Position numbers and translations under genes: made by a program. A stretch of 64,000 nucleotides of DNA. Source: Syntrophorhabdaceae bacterium (GTDB lineage Bacteria > Desulfobacterota > Syntrophorhabdia > Syntrophorhabdales > Syntrophorhabdaceae). The notes under the pieces are model-generated. The model saw nothing but the letters and a program-made list of their open reading frames with translations, made no database searches and was not told the origin of the DNA. Numbering within the stretch: the first letter of the stretch is position 1; each line of letters starts with the position of its first letter. The stretch spans positions 512,001 through 576,000 of the forward strand of contig CAXXUO010000001.1 of assembly GCA_963666485.2 (NCBI GenBank). Direction: 5' to 3'. Positions 29,466 through 39,719 of this stretch are shown in pieces.

Positions 29466-29912
29466 CTATTTGACGCACATATCCCTTCCCTGGTATTTCG
29501 TATAGTTATACCCGGGGCCGCATTTTACGCACATGTCCCTGCCGTTGTACGGGGTATAGGTATAGCCGGGGCCGCATTTTACGCACATGTCCCTGCCGTT
29601 GTATTTGGTGTAGTTATAACCGGGGCCGCATTTCAGGCATATGTCCCTGCCGTTGTATTTGGTGTAGTTATAACCGGGGCCGCATTTTACGCAGGTATAT
29701 CTGCCGTTGTACTGGGTATAGTTATAGCCGGGCCCGCATTTGTTGGCCGAGGCGGGAGCGCCTGTCGCCGGTGCGCCGGTTGCGGGAGCGCCCGTTGCGG
29801 GAGCGCCCGTTGCCGGTGCGCCCGTGGCAACGGCATATACCATCGACGAACAAAAAAGAAGGCAAACGACGCAAATAACTGCCGATACACCCAATCTTAC
29901 GGAATTCCGCAT
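29466..29912 (-). CDS. Secreted repeat protein: (ATGAP)x5 linker plus five 18-aa Cys-bracketed repeats
   Basis: GGAGG RBS; signal peptide; DNA repeats vary mostly at synonymous or conservative positions. Confidence 0.8.
   Translation of the reverse strand: MRNSVRLGVSAVICVVCLLFCSSMVYAVATGAPATGAPATGAPATGAPATGAPASANKCGPGYNYTQYNGRYTCVKCGPGYNYTKYNGRDICLKCGPGYNYTKYNGRDMCVKCGPGYTYTPYNGRDMCVKCGPGYNYTKYQGRDMCVK
29469..29738 (-). repeat. 5 x 54-bp coding tandem repeat
   Basis: Unit encodes CGPGY(N/T)YT(K/Q/P)Y(N/Q)GRxxC(V/L)K. Confidence 0.9.
29754..29828 (-). repeat. 5 x 15-bp coding tandem repeat
   Basis: Encodes ATGAP five times. Confidence 0.85.
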
Positions 29913-30018
29913 TTTTCCTCCTGTCCTGATCCGGTAATTGTGATTCTGCTTCATTGTATTAAATCCGTTTTTCGTAAGGAAGACAAGCAGGAAGTGGAGA
30001 TAACTTTTTCACGGGTTG

Positions 30019-31188
30019 TTATTCGGGCTTCTTGATGAGATTGGTTGCGGTGAACATGGCGCAGGCGAGGAAGACACAGGGGACGCAAATGGCAAGAAGG
30101 CCCGTCGACACGCGGTAACGGTCACCTATGTAGCCGATCATGATCGGGGACAATGACGAGACCGCATAGGAAAACGTGGTCATGATCCCGAGGGCGAGCC
30201 CCCTTGCGCGGGCGAAGGTAAGCCCTGTGAATGTCCAGAGCGCTCCCATTACCGCGGAACCGACGAAACCGGTGAAGAGCGTCAAAAAGCCGCGCAATGC
30301 GTAATTCTCCACCCTGATGAGGAGAATAAGGGACAAACCCATGACGATGCCGCCGGTGACGCCCACGAAGCGGTATCCCAGCCTGTCCGATGCGAGGCCC
30401 ATGGTGGGCCTGCCGATAAACTGGCCCATCCCCCAGACGCCTGCAATAAGGCCTGCGGCGGAGGCACTCATGCCTATCTCCGTCTTGAGGAACACCGGGT
30501 ACCACATGGCAAAACCGAACTCTGCGGATATCTGGAACATGGAGGCGAAGCTCACGAGGGTAAGAAGTATGATACTCGATCTTTGCGCGACCGACCGGTC
30601 GAAGAACGGACCGCCCGCGTGTGTTTCCTTTTTTTCGTCAGGCCAGGAGACCATGAGCAAAAGTGCGATGCCGATCCCCGCGAGCCCGGTCAGGGTGAAG
30701 GGGACGCGCCAGTTCCCTGTGAAGTCCAGCAGCCACCCGGCCAGCGCCGGTCCGGTAAACCAGCCCATGGACGTGCCCGAAGACATGAAGGTCACGTAAA
30801 AACCCGGTCTTTCCGGAAAGAGCTCCATGGTAAAGGCTATCATGGGAATAAAAAAGAACGCCTCCGTCATACCCGTTGCCAGGCGGAAAAAGAAGAGCTG
30901 CCCGGTGCTGTTCGCAAGGCCGGAGACGACCGTAAGCGCTGAAAAACCGAAGATGCCGAAGAGAACGGTGTATTTCCTTCCAAACCTGTCGGAAAGCATT
31001 CCTGCTATGATGGGCGTGAACATGTAGCCCCAGAGCGAACCGGCCCCGACGACGCCAAGCGCCGTCCTGTCGGCGCCGAAGGCCTCCATGAGCGAGGGAA
31101 TAAGCGGCCCGAAGATCCACCGTTGTGTAAAATAGAGGACCATCCCCAACCACCCCAGGAAGAAGAACAGCGTCTTGTTCGATCTCAT
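30019..31188 (-). CDS. MFS transporter
   Basis: GMLSDRFGRK and GLASDRLGYR motif A copies; about 12 TM segments; start reassigned to MRSNK. Confidence 0.9.
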   Translation of the reverse strand: MRSNKTLFFFLGWLGMVLYFTQRWIFGPLIPSLMEAFGADRTALGVVGAGSLWGYMFTPIIAGMLSDRFGRKYTVLFGIFGFSALTVVSGLANSTGQLFFFRLATGMTEAFFFIPMIAFTMELFPERPGFYVTFMSSGTSMGWFTGPALAGWLLDFTGNWRVPFTLTGLAGIGIALLLMVSWPDEKKETHAGGPFFDRSVAQRSSIILLTLVSFASMFQISAEFGFAMWYPVFLKTEIGMSASAAGLIAGVWGMGQFIGRPTMGLASDRLGYRFVGVTGGIVMGLSLILLIRVENYALRGFLTLFTGFVGSAVMGALWTFTGLTFARARGLALGIMTTFSYAVSSLSPIMIGYIGDRYRVSTGLLAICVPCVFLACAMFTATNLIKKPE

Positions 31189-31195
31189 AGGATTA

Positions 31196-31804
31196 CTAGC
31201 TTGATAACACACCGGGGTTCTTCGCCAGTTTCTCGATCCCGGATACGACCCGCTCCAGTTCTTCGGTAAGGGGAGAAGGGAAGACCTCCTCAAATGCATC
31301 CGCGAGGGAACGGTAATACCAGAGGGTCCCTTCCTTGCCGCCTCTGAACCTGTCCCAGAGCGCATCGCCGTGGATCCGTAAATCTTTGAGAATGGCCCGG
31401 GCATTATGGAGCTTGTCCGAGCAGGATACAAGGCGAACGGACGCGGAGGCATCCCTGATATGGGCCAGGTAAGCCTCTTTTCTTTGCCGCCAGGGAGGCT
31501 TGGGCGTCACGTCGGCATCGGTACAGCCCTCGACTATTTCGGCCACCCTGTCACCGAAACGCAACTCGATCTCTTTCTTTGCATCGGGGCCGCCCTGGTC
31601 CTCGATGGCGTCGTGAAGGAGCCCCGCTATCGCCTCGTCCTCGTCCGCACCGTACTCAAGGGCAATGCTCGCGACACCGATAAGGTGCGCAATATAGGGA
31701 ACTTCGCTCCCTTTGCGTATCTGCCGGGCATGGAGCCTTGCGGCGAACACGAGGGCGTCTTCAAATCGCTGTCCGAGGATCGGTTTCGTGGTGTCCATAC
31801 ACAT
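31196..31804 (-). CDS. Stand-alone HD-domain (p)ppGpp-hydrolase-like protein (Mesh1/SAH type)
   Basis: H..QIRKG..VPYIAHL, AGLLHDAIED, SDKLHNAR. Confidence 0.82.
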   Translation of the reverse strand: MCMDTTKPILGQRFEDALVFAARLHARQIRKGSEVPYIAHLIGVASIALEYGADEDEAIAGLLHDAIEDQGGPDAKKEIELRFGDRVAEIVEGCTDADVTPKPPWRQRKEAYLAHIRDASASVRLVSCSDKLHNARAILKDLRIHGDALWDRFRGGKEGTLWYYRSLADAFEEVFPSPLTEELERVVSGIEKLAKNPGVLSS

Positions 31805-31956
31805 CCCGCCATTTCGTATTCGTCTGGATGCCGTACAGGCTTCAGATTTTCACATTGTATTGAAAAATCCCGGGGAAAGCAATCCCGGCGGCCATACGTG
31901 AAGCGGTATGGCTCCCTGCGTGCACGTGCACAAAACGAGCACGTCGAAGGTTTATG

Positions 31957-32223
31957 TCATTCGCATGAAGCGTATATGAGATGCAATTTTTGCGATCGTG
32001 TTAACTTTTTTATCTCTTTCTCCCTCTTCAGTGCATCGGACCTCGTCAGGCATGGCTCCTGGTAAACCACCCTGACCGGTCTTCGCCCCCGGGTATATTT
32101 CGCGCCGGCGGACCCTTCGTTGTGTTCCCGAAGCCTTTTCTTGAGGTCCATCGTCCAGCCGCAGTACAGGGTCGTGTCGGAACACTCGAGGATATATACG
32201 ATAGGGCGGGGATTCTCGTTCAT
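31957..32223 (-). CDS. GIY-YIG nuclease family protein (UPF0213)
   Basis: VYILECSD.TLYCGWT.DL.KRL.EHN.G..GAKYTRGRRP, ALKRE.EIKKL. Confidence 0.9.
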   Translation of the reverse strand: MNENPRPIVYILECSDTTLYCGWTMDLKKRLREHNEGSAGAKYTRGRRPVRVVYQEPCLTRSDALKREKEIKKLTRSQKLHLIYASCE

Positions 32224-32230
32224 TTTACTA

Positions 32231-34135
32231 TCAGGGCTGTTTGCTCCCGTTCAAGCTGGCCTGAAGCTGCTCCAGTTCTTCCCAGCGCCGGTATGCCGCA
32301 TCGAGCTCTTTTTCAATAGCGCTCCAGCGTTCATTTGCGGCCTTGATCGCCGGCAGGTCCCGGCCGGCATAAAAGTCAGGCGAGTTGAGTGTGTGCAGCA
32401 GCCGGGCCTTCTCTTCTTCAAGCGCGTCGATCATGGAAGGCATGGATTCAAGCTCCTTTGCCTCTTTGAAAGACAGCCTTTTTTTCTCCTGGGGCCTCTT
32501 TTCTTTTTTTTGCGTGCGGACGGACGGGATAACCGGGATGGATGCGGCGCTTTGCCTCAGCCAATCGTCATAACCGCCGACGTACTCTTCGATCAGCCCG
32601 TTATCCTCGAATACGATTGTCGAGGTAACGACATTGTTGAGGAATTCCCTGTCGTGACTGACCATCAGGATCGTCCCGTTATACTCGAGCAGCCTTTCTT
32701 CGAGCAGATCGAGCGTTTCCGCGTCGAGGTCGTTTGTCGGTTCGTCGAGGACCAGGACATTCGACGGGAGAACGAAAAGTTTCGCGAGCAGCAGGCGGTT
32801 CCTTTCCCCGCCGGAGAGCGACCTGACCGGTGACATCGTACGCTCGGGCGGAAAGAGGAAATCCTGGAGATATCCAACCACGTGGCGGGACCTGCTGCCG
32901 GTCACGATCATATCATTGCCGTCGGCTATGTTTTCCCTGAGGGTCCTGTCTTCATCGAGCTGTGAACGAAGCTGGTCGAAGTATGCCACCTGCATGTTTG
33001 TGCCGACCCTTACTTTTCCCTCGTGAGGCGCAAGTTCCCCGAGGAGCAACCTGAGGAGGGTTGTTTTACCGCACCCGTTCGGCCCTATGATGCCTACCCT
33101 GTCACCGCGAATGACGGTGGTAGAGAATCCCCCGATGATCTTCTTTTTCCCCCAGGCGAACGATATGCCGCTCGCGTCGACAACCATGCGGCCGGTGCGC
33201 TGTGCCTCCTCGATGGAAAATCGGCACATGCCCGTCTGCTCCTGCCGTTTGGAACGTTCCTCCCGCATACGCAGCAGCGCGCGCACCCTTCCCTCGTCGC
33301 GCGTGCGCCGGGCTTTGACCCCCTGCCTGATCCACACCTCTTCCCTGGCAAGCTTCTTGTCGAACTCGGACCACTGCTTTTCCTGTGCATCGAGAAGGGC
33401 TTGCCGCCGCTCGAGATATGTCGTGTAGCTGCAGGTATAGGACGTCAGGCATCCCCGGTCGATCTCTACGATCCGTGCCGCAAGGCGTTGAAGGAACGCC
33501 CGGTCATGAGTGACAAACATGAACGCCTTTTCATACCGGGTAAGGAATTCCTCCAGCCAGAGGATCGCGGGAATGTCGAGGTGGTTCGTGGGTTCGTCGA
33601 GCAGCAGGAGGTCGGGTTCATCGACAAGGGCCTTTGCGAGGAAGACACGGCGCTTCATGCCCGCCGAGAGACCCTGGAACAATGCGTTCTCATCAAGTGA
33701 CATGCGTTCTATAATCGTTGTGATGCGCTGGTGGTAGTGCCAGGCCCCGGACGTCTCTATCTCATGCTGCAGGTGTTCCAGCGTCTTTATCAGTGCCTCG
33801 TCCCTGCTTCGGGCAATGCGGTGAGTGAGGTCATGGTACTCCGTGAGAAGCCGGGCATGCCGCTGCCCTCCCGTAGCAACGACGTCATACACTGTGCCGG
33901 GCATGCTCTCGGGAACTTCCTGCTGAAGCATCGATACGCTCACACCGCCCCGGTCGATCGCGCCTGAATCGGGGGAGATCTGGCCCGCCAGCAGTTTCAT
34001 GAGGGTAGATTTACCCGAGCCGTTGCGCCCCAGAAGACCGATCTTCTCTCCCGGGTCGACCTGCAGCGAGATGCCGTCAAGCAGCGGTGAGCTGCCGAAG
34101 GATATCGAAACATCATGTAAGCGGATCGATCCCAT
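32231..34135 (-). CDS. uup: ABC-F family ATPase Uup
   Basis: Two ABC domains (GRNGSGKST, GPNGCGKTT, LDEPTN twice); linker WIRQGVKARRTRDEGRVRAL; C-terminal LSFKE..EL coiled coil. Confidence 0.9.
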   Translation of the reverse strand: MGSIRLHDVSISFGSSPLLDGISLQVDPGEKIGLLGRNGSGKSTLMKLLAGQISPDSGAIDRGGVSVSMLQQEVPESMPGTVYDVVATGGQRHARLLTEYHDLTHRIARSRDEALIKTLEHLQHEIETSGAWHYHQRITTIIERMSLDENALFQGLSAGMKRRVFLAKALVDEPDLLLLDEPTNHLDIPAILWLEEFLTRYEKAFMFVTHDRAFLQRLAARIVEIDRGCLTSYTCSYTTYLERRQALLDAQEKQWSEFDKKLAREEVWIRQGVKARRTRDEGRVRALLRMREERSKRQEQTGMCRFSIEEAQRTGRMVVDASGISFAWGKKKIIGGFSTTVIRGDRVGIIGPNGCGKTTLLRLLLGELAPHEGKVRVGTNMQVAYFDQLRSQLDEDRTLRENIADGNDMIVTGSRSRHVVGYLQDFLFPPERTMSPVRSLSGGERNRLLLAKLFVLPSNVLVLDEPTNDLDAETLDLLEERLLEYNGTILMVSHDREFLNNVVTSTIVFEDNGLIEEYVGGYDDWLRQSAASIPVIPSVRTQKKEKRPQEKKRLSFKEAKELESMPSMIDALEEEKARLLHTLNSPDFYAGRDLPAIKAANERWSAIEKELDAAYRRWEELEQLQASLNGSKQP

Positions 34136-34198
34136 AGTGTCCCGGAGGTCTCAGTATACCTTTTTTGTCATGATGGGGCGGAGAAATTCCGCCTGAGA

Positions 34199-35623
34199 TC
34201 AGTCCTGGAAACTCTGGAGGCGCTTGCGCCTTTGCGGGTGCTGCAGTTTTTTGAGGGCTTTGGCTTCGATCTGACGGATACGTTCGCGGGTCAGGCCGAA
34301 GAGGTCCCCGACTTCCTCCAGGGTATGGTCGGTTGCCTTGCCAATACCGAGCCGCATTCTGACGACCTTCTCCTCCCGCGGTGTAAGGGTTGCCAGGACC
34401 GAGTCTATTTCTGCCTTGAGAGAGATATCCATAAACTCGATAAGCGGCGAAGGTGCCCCGGTGTCTGCTATGAGGTCGCCAAGCGTTGATTCATCGTCTC
34501 CGATCGGGGTTTCGATGGATACAGGCGCTCCCGAAAGCCGCATTGTCTTCCGGATCTTTTCCACGGGAAGCCCGGTTTTGCGGGAGATCTCCTCGACATC
34601 GGGATTGTCGCCCAGTTCCTGGTAGAGTGCCGTGGCGGCTTTCTTTATCTTGTTCTTTGTTTCGAGTATGTGCACCGGTATCCTGATGGTCCGCCCGTGA
34701 TCTGCGATCGCCCGTGTTATGGATTGCCTGATCCACCATGTCGAGTATGTCGAAAACTTGTAGCCTTTTTGATGGTCATATTTTTCTGCGGCCTTCATGA
34801 GCCCCATATTGCCTTCCTGGATAAGATCCAGGAATGACAATCCGCGGTTCTGGTATCTTCGTGCCACATTGATAACCAGCCTGAGGTTTGCCTGAACGAG
34901 CTTGTTCCTGACGATCTTCAGCCCGTTGTCGATCTCGTCGAGTTCCTTGAGTTTCCGTTTTGTGCGTGCCGCTTCGCCGGCATCGTTCATCGACCGCACC
35001 TGCTGCGCTATCTTCCGGATGATCATGGTCAGGATCTTTTTGCTGAGCCCGAGGTCAAGAAGGAATGGTATCAGCTGCTCTCTTTGTTTATGAACTTTTT
35101 TTATACCCTCGATGGAATGTATCGTCTGTATTTTAAAGTTCTCCCTGTCCTGTTCCGTGCAGTTCCCGTCATCGACGTGCCTGATCACATCAATGACATT
35201 TATGCTTCCCTCTTTCAGCTGCCTGCCTATTTCCATGAGCTCATCTATGGCCTGCGGCATACTGAACAATATATTCAGTGCCTGTTTTTCCGCTTTTTCA
35301 GTTTTTTTTGCTATGCTGCGTTCCTCATCGGCTGTGAGAAGCTTGATATTTTTCAGGTCATTCAGGTACGCCCACACTATGTTGTTTGCTGTCTCTGAAT
35401 ATTCCTTTTCGTCCGGGTCTTTCACCGGCTGCGGCCGGGCAGTCCCCTGTATCGTTTCGACAAGATCGATGCCGGATTCTGTAAAATAATCGTATTCCCC
35501 ATTTTCATCGTGAGAAGAAAATTCATCCGGAGAAAAAGTTTCGGTTTCGGAGGGTCCGAACAAACCTTCTTCAACGTCCGGTTCCGTCGTATTTTTTGCC
35601 TTTATTCTGTAGTGAATTGCCAT
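34199..35623 (-). CDS. RpoD-like sigma-70 factor (paralog 2)
   Basis: [80 protein letters not shown]. Confidence 0.9.
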   Translation of the reverse strand: MAIHYRIKAKNTTEPDVEEGLFGPSETETFSPDEFSSHDENGEYDYFTESGIDLVETIQGTARPQPVKDPDEKEYSETANNIVWAYLNDLKNIKLLTADEERSIAKKTEKAEKQALNILFSMPQAIDELMEIGRQLKEGSINVIDVIRHVDDGNCTEQDRENFKIQTIHSIEGIKKVHKQREQLIPFLLDLGLSKKILTMIIRKIAQQVRSMNDAGEAARTKRKLKELDEIDNGLKIVRNKLVQANLRLVINVARRYQNRGLSFLDLIQEGNMGLMKAAEKYDHQKGYKFSTYSTWWIRQSITRAIADHGRTIRIPVHILETKNKIKKAATALYQELGDNPDVEEISRKTGLPVEKIRKTMRLSGAPVSIETPIGDDESTLGDLIADTGAPSPLIEFMDISLKAEIDSVLATLTPREEKVVRMRLGIGKATDHTLEEVGDLFGLTRERIRQIEAKALKKLQHPQRRKRLQSFQD

Positions 35624-35727
35624 TTTCACCTCAAAATTTCATAATACCTTCGGTGAGGGTCTCCCCTGGTATGATCTACAGGGCTGCGGTTTGGATCGTG
35701 CGATGGCCTCTCACGCTGCGTTCATCA

Positions 35728-36072
35728 TCAATGCTCGAACACCGCTATCTCGGGAGTTTCGGCGATGGCCGGCTTGACAGGGGTTTCCAGTTTCGCCGGT
35801 TTTTTCTTTGCCACCCGTTTTCCTGAGGGCATTTTCGCTTCCATTCTCACTATCTTCACGCTGAACCCTTCGAATTGTGCCGTAAGGCGGCTTATCGCCC
35901 TGCCCTGGATATCATTGGCCACCATCGTCTTGAGAATTTCCAGCTTCTGATTGGCATCGTTCAGACAGACACGTGATTCCTTGACCGATTTATGCTCCAC
36001 AAGCACCGTGATCTGAGCGGCAAGCTTCTCAATAGCCTCTCTCGCTTTAATGAACTCTTCGATTGTCGTCAT
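35728..36072 (-). CDS. Hypothetical helical protein
   Basis: AAGGAG RBS; amphipathic helices and a Lys/Pro-rich tail. Confidence 0.6.
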   Translation of the reverse strand: MTTIEEFIKAREAIEKLAAQITVLVEHKSVKESRVCLNDANQKLEILKTMVANDIQGRAISRLTAQFEGFSVKIVRMEAKMPSGKRVAKKKPAKLETPVKPAIAETPEIAVFEH

Positions 36073-36231
36073 CAGCTGCTCCTTTTGTTGCTGCTTTGCC
36101 GAATGATCTCGGCGGGCGCGTGCCGGACGGGCCGCCATCCCAATGGCTGGAATACCCGGCAGGTCGCTTGTACGTAAATTAATTGCGTGTTGTCGCCGCT
36201 GTTCTTTTTAATCCTGCTGCTTTTAAGATGC

Positions 36232-36268
36232 AAAAAAATCTGTCTTTATACGATCTCGTCGACAGATT
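36232..36268 (-). terminator. Intrinsic terminator candidate
   Basis: AATCTGTC...GACAGATT followed by a T-tract on the minus strand. Confidence 0.5.
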
Positions 36269-36435
36269 CCCTGAAACTGATCATATCATCGGAAGGTGAT
36301 ATTCATTGGATGCATTTGTTCTCCACAAACCTGTGAGCGATCGACACTGAAGAAAGTGTCAAAGGCAGGGTTATAGATAAGATAACACAGGAAGGAGTGA
36401 TAAAGATACGAATAAAAGGCCCCGGGCGATGTCCG

Positions 36436-37944
36436 TCACATATGGGTCGCATACGTCTTTCGGAAGTGAAATCCATAGACCATGTAGGTAATGGCCATGG
36501 GCAGAAGGAGCGGGCGCCTGAATAGTGACCAGAAGACCATTTTCCAGTAATAAAGCCTCGCCTTGTCTCTGATGCCCAGCGTCACCAGGGTCCGGAAAGG
36601 AGCATCGAGATAATAGAGATTGTAACGGACGAGCCCCAGGTGCAGGCCGCGTTTTCTCTTTTCCAGCGGCTTATACTCTTTGAGGTATGCCTTGACGCGT
36701 TCATAGTACGCCCGGGGCGAATAGATGCCGCTGAGCACCTCCCTGTAACCGGCTGCAAGCTTGTCATAACCCATCTTGGGAATGATATTCGTTGAGAAAT
36801 CGGTGTTATCACCCGTAATGTCCCGGCTGAGCCTGCCTTCCCGCTTTAATCTTTCATAAAGTTTGCTCCCGCTCGGGGCATTGAGCATGCCCACCATAGC
36901 GGTGACAATACGGCTTTCCTGTATGAAGCGTATCTGTCTTTCAAATATCTCCGGCGAATCGTTGTCGAACCCCACGATAAAGCCGCCGCGGACGCGCAAG
37001 CCGAGCTGCTGGATGCGCTTTACCCCGGCAAGCAGGTCACGGCCCCTGTTCTGAAATTTGTTGCACTCTTCAAGAGATCTATCGTCCGGGGTTTCGATGC
37101 CGACGAAGACGCCCTCAAATCCGGCCTGTATCATCTGACGTATGAGCTGTTCATCATCGGCAAGATTGATAGATGCCTCGGTCGCAAGGTCGAAGGGGTA
37201 TCTTTTTTTCTTCATCCAATCGATCATCGCAGGCAACACCCGGTCCTTGAGGGCCCTTTTGTTCCCTATAAAATTATCGTCCACGAAAAAGACGCTGCCC
37301 CTCCATCCTGCCGAGTACAGGGCATCCAGCTCGTTGATAACTTGAGCGGCGCTCTTGCTTCGGGTCTTGCGCCCGTACAGTGTCGTAATATCGCAGAATT
37401 CGCAGCTGAACGGGCAGCCGCGAGAATATTGAAGGTTCATGGAATGATATTTATTCATCCTGACAAGGCCCCAGAGCGGAACAGGTGTTTTGCCCAGGTC
37501 GGGAAACAGCCCGGACCTGTATACGTGTTTTGCTTTACCCAGGTAAAGGTCTGCAAGAAAGGGGTTCAAGGTGTGCTCAGCCTCGTTAAGCACCAGGTGG
37601 TCCACATCGGGATAATCTTCGGGAGAAGCTGTGAACAGCGGCCCCCCGGCAACGGTCTTGACCCCTGCGGCCTTACACCGGGCAACGACTTCGCGGACGG
37701 AGGCTTTTTGCACTGCCATCGCACCGATAAACACATAGTCCGCCCATACCAGGTCGCTATTCTTCAGTTTGGAAACGTTCATATCGATCAGCTTTTTGTC
37801 CCAATGGCCCGGCAGCATGGCAGCTACCGTAAGAAGGCCCAGGGGAGGGTGCACGGCCTTTTTTGATATAAATTTGAGCGCATGCTTGAAGCTCCAGAAA
37901 GTATCGGGGTATTCGGGGTATACCAGAAGGATTCTCATATTCAT
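36436..37944 (-). CDS. B12-binding-domain radical SAM protein (DUF4070-type)
   Basis: TFWSF..AL.FI.KK..PPLGLLTVAA, SRGCPFSCEFC, FFVDDNFIGN, GFIVGFD.D. Confidence 0.9.
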   Translation of the reverse strand: MNMRILLVYPEYPDTFWSFKHALKFISKKAVHPPLGLLTVAAMLPGHWDKKLIDMNVSKLKNSDLVWADYVFIGAMAVQKASVREVVARCKAAGVKTVAGGPLFTASPEDYPDVDHLVLNEAEHTLNPFLADLYLGKAKHVYRSGLFPDLGKTPVPLWGLVRMNKYHSMNLQYSRGCPFSCEFCDITTLYGRKTRSKSAAQVINELDALYSAGWRGSVFFVDDNFIGNKRALKDRVLPAMIDWMKKKRYPFDLATEASINLADDEQLIRQMIQAGFEGVFVGIETPDDRSLEECNKFQNRGRDLLAGVKRIQQLGLRVRGGFIVGFDNDSPEIFERQIRFIQESRIVTAMVGMLNAPSGSKLYERLKREGRLSRDITGDNTDFSTNIIPKMGYDKLAAGYREVLSGIYSPRAYYERVKAYLKEYKPLEKRKRGLHLGLVRYNLYYLDAPFRTLVTLGIRDKARLYYWKMVFWSLFRRPLLLPMAITYMVYGFHFRKTYATHM

Positions 37945-38040
37945 TCCTTGTGCGGGGCAATGCCTCACGCGGTGAGATGTTTGGGGGGCCGGGCGAATAA
38001 TAAAGCGACTATGATGACTGAATATGGACCGTCCTATACA

Positions 38041-38074
38041 AAAGAAAAGCAGGTCTGCAGCTATGCAGACCTGC
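38041..38074 (-). terminator. Intrinsic terminator after the cold-shock gene
   Basis: GCAGGTCTGCA-TAGC-TGCAGACCTGC followed by TTTTCTTT. Confidence 0.8.
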
Positions 38075-38084
38075 CCGTTGTGAC

Positions 38085-38285
38085 TTAGCTCTTCACCACG
38101 TTGGACGCGGCAGGCCCCTTCGGGCCGTTCACCACGTCAAAACTGACGGTTTCGCCCTCGGCGAGGGATTTGAAACCGCTATCCTCGATAGCGGAATAGT
38201 GGACAAAAATATCCGAACCATCATCTTTGGTAATAAAACCAAAACCCTTTGCATCGTTGAACCATTTCACTGTTCCTTTTGCCAT
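38085..38285 (-). CDS. csp: Cold-shock protein
   Basis: [44 protein letters not shown]. Confidence 0.96.
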   Translation of the reverse strand: MAKGTVKWFNDAKGFGFITKDDGSDIFVHYSAIEDSGFKSLAEGETVSFDVVNGPKGPAASNVVKS

Positions 38286-38756
38286 GTCGACAACTCCTGT
38301 TTTGTAATTTGAAGTGGGAAAATGAGTTAAGAAGAACGACAAAAAGGATATTTCTGCTGTAGCTAATAACGGATAGTCCCGGTACTTCAGGATTATAGTA
38401 TCTCACAATTATTAGGAAATTACAACGTTATATGAGAAGATCGGGTCACATTCACTGAAAATGGTCTCGGGCATCACAGGCGAAAAGACCGGAGGACCGC
38501 GGGCGCTGGCGCTTGACGGGGGTCATGCAGACTACGCGTGCGGTGAAATTATGAACACACTGACGAAAAAGATAGCGGGGTCATTTATCTATAAAAATCA
38601 CCTCAGACGGTCACCTGTTCGGACATTTTCGTCGGAGAGACTCCCGGGAAAACGACAAAAATGTCTAAACCGTGCCGGTCCGCAAATTAATCATCAATTA
38701 TTTCGATATGTTGTCTGCCTGAAATGTCGGGCATCTAAATTGCTAGATAAAACTAT

Positions 38757-39113
38757 ATGAAGATCCTTGAACCAGAAACTGCCGGGACCAGAAGCAAGAT
38801 CCGATCGATAAAACTTATTGTCGGAGCACTTGTTCTGCTCAGCCTTGGACTTGCCGGATGCGCAGTGGTGCCTGCCGCCCCTTATGATGCATATTACTAC
38901 GGGGGGCCGTACTATTCCTCCTCCTACTATTATTCGGGTTACTGGGGAGGATATCCCCATTACTATGTACCGTACCGCGGCGGTCCTCCGCCCTACGGGT
39001 ACAGAGGGGGATACGGATATGGCGGGAGCCGCTACAGTGGCGGGGGATATCGCGGCCGGAGCGGCGGATACCGCGGGGGAAGCGGGTCCCGTGGAGGCGG
39101 CGGACACAGGTAG
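38757..39113 (+). CDS. Tyr/Gly/Arg-rich lipoprotein
   Basis: Lipobox LAGC; YYYGG and RGG low-complexity tail. Confidence 0.65.
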   Translation: MKILEPETAGTRSKIRSIKLIVGALVLLSLGLAGCAVVPAAPYDAYYYGGPYYSSSYYYSGYWGGYPHYYVPYRGGPPPYGYRGGYGYGGSRYSGGGYRGRSGGYRGGSGSRGGGGHR

Positions 39114-39153
39114 CAGGGAGCTATACCGGGCAGCGGGCCGGCACAGGAAGCAT

Positions 39154-39702
39154 CTAGAGATAAATCGCGCTCAATGTATCGAGCAGGCGATGAAATTGTT
39201 CGTGCCTGCCGCGGCCGATCCGTTCCTCTTCGATCCTTTCAAACCCCTCGAACAATTCACTCTGCTGTTCGGCGGAGAAGGTCCTTTCGGCCACTTCCAG
39301 GATGACGCCATTCTCCTTTCCCATGTGCTCCCTCAGCAGCGAAATGTAGGCCCCGGCATTCTCCATGATGCCGGCCGATGACATTGCCTCACCCTGAAGA
39401 AACGCGGCATACGCCCGGGACATTTCCCCAAGATATCCCCTGGCCTTATCGTGGTCCGCACGCATAGCCGCAGCGGGCGCTATCGCCTCGCTGCTTGCCG
39501 CTATCATCGCAGGGAACAACAGGTCCTCTTCCTTGCCGTGATGGCACTTATCGACGAATATATTCAGGAATTCAAGGATGCCTTCACAATGTTCCCTTTC
39601 GACAGCGCCCGTCTTTTCCAGTTTTTCGCAAACCTTCTCAAGAATATTGAGCATGACCCTGATGCCCTCGTGCTCATCCTTCAGCTGCTGCGTTGCTTTC
39701 AT
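39154..39702 (-). CDS. Hemerythrin/HHE cation-binding protein
   Basis: LKDEHEGI, CHHGKEEDLLFP, ADH, EHMGKEN. Confidence 0.9.
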   Translation of the reverse strand: MKATQQLKDEHEGIRVMLNILEKVCEKLEKTGAVEREHCEGILEFLNIFVDKCHHGKEEDLLFPAMIAASSEAIAPAAAMRADHDKARGYLGEMSRAYAAFLQGEAMSSAGIMENAGAYISLLREHMGKENGVILEVAERTFSAEQQSELFEGFERIEEERIGRGRHEQFHRLLDTLSAIYL

Positions 39703-39719
39703 TGTCGGTTCTCCTCCTC

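Noticed and set aside
29469..29738. 54-bp repeats as a CRISPR array
   Set aside because: Contiguous in-frame coding repeats with no unique spacers, and no cas genes nearby.
31189..31452. N-terminal extension of the MFS ORF
   Set aside because: Overlaps the HD-domain gene in another frame; the MFS fold begins at MRSNK (31188).
31957..32223. GIY-YIG gene as a homing endonuclease or mobile element
   Set aside because: Short stand-alone UPF0213 type; no intron or terminal repeats.
38620..38666. Imperfect inverted repeat GACATTTT..GTC / GAC..AAAATGTC
   Set aside because: Single occurrence with no assignable regulator or function.
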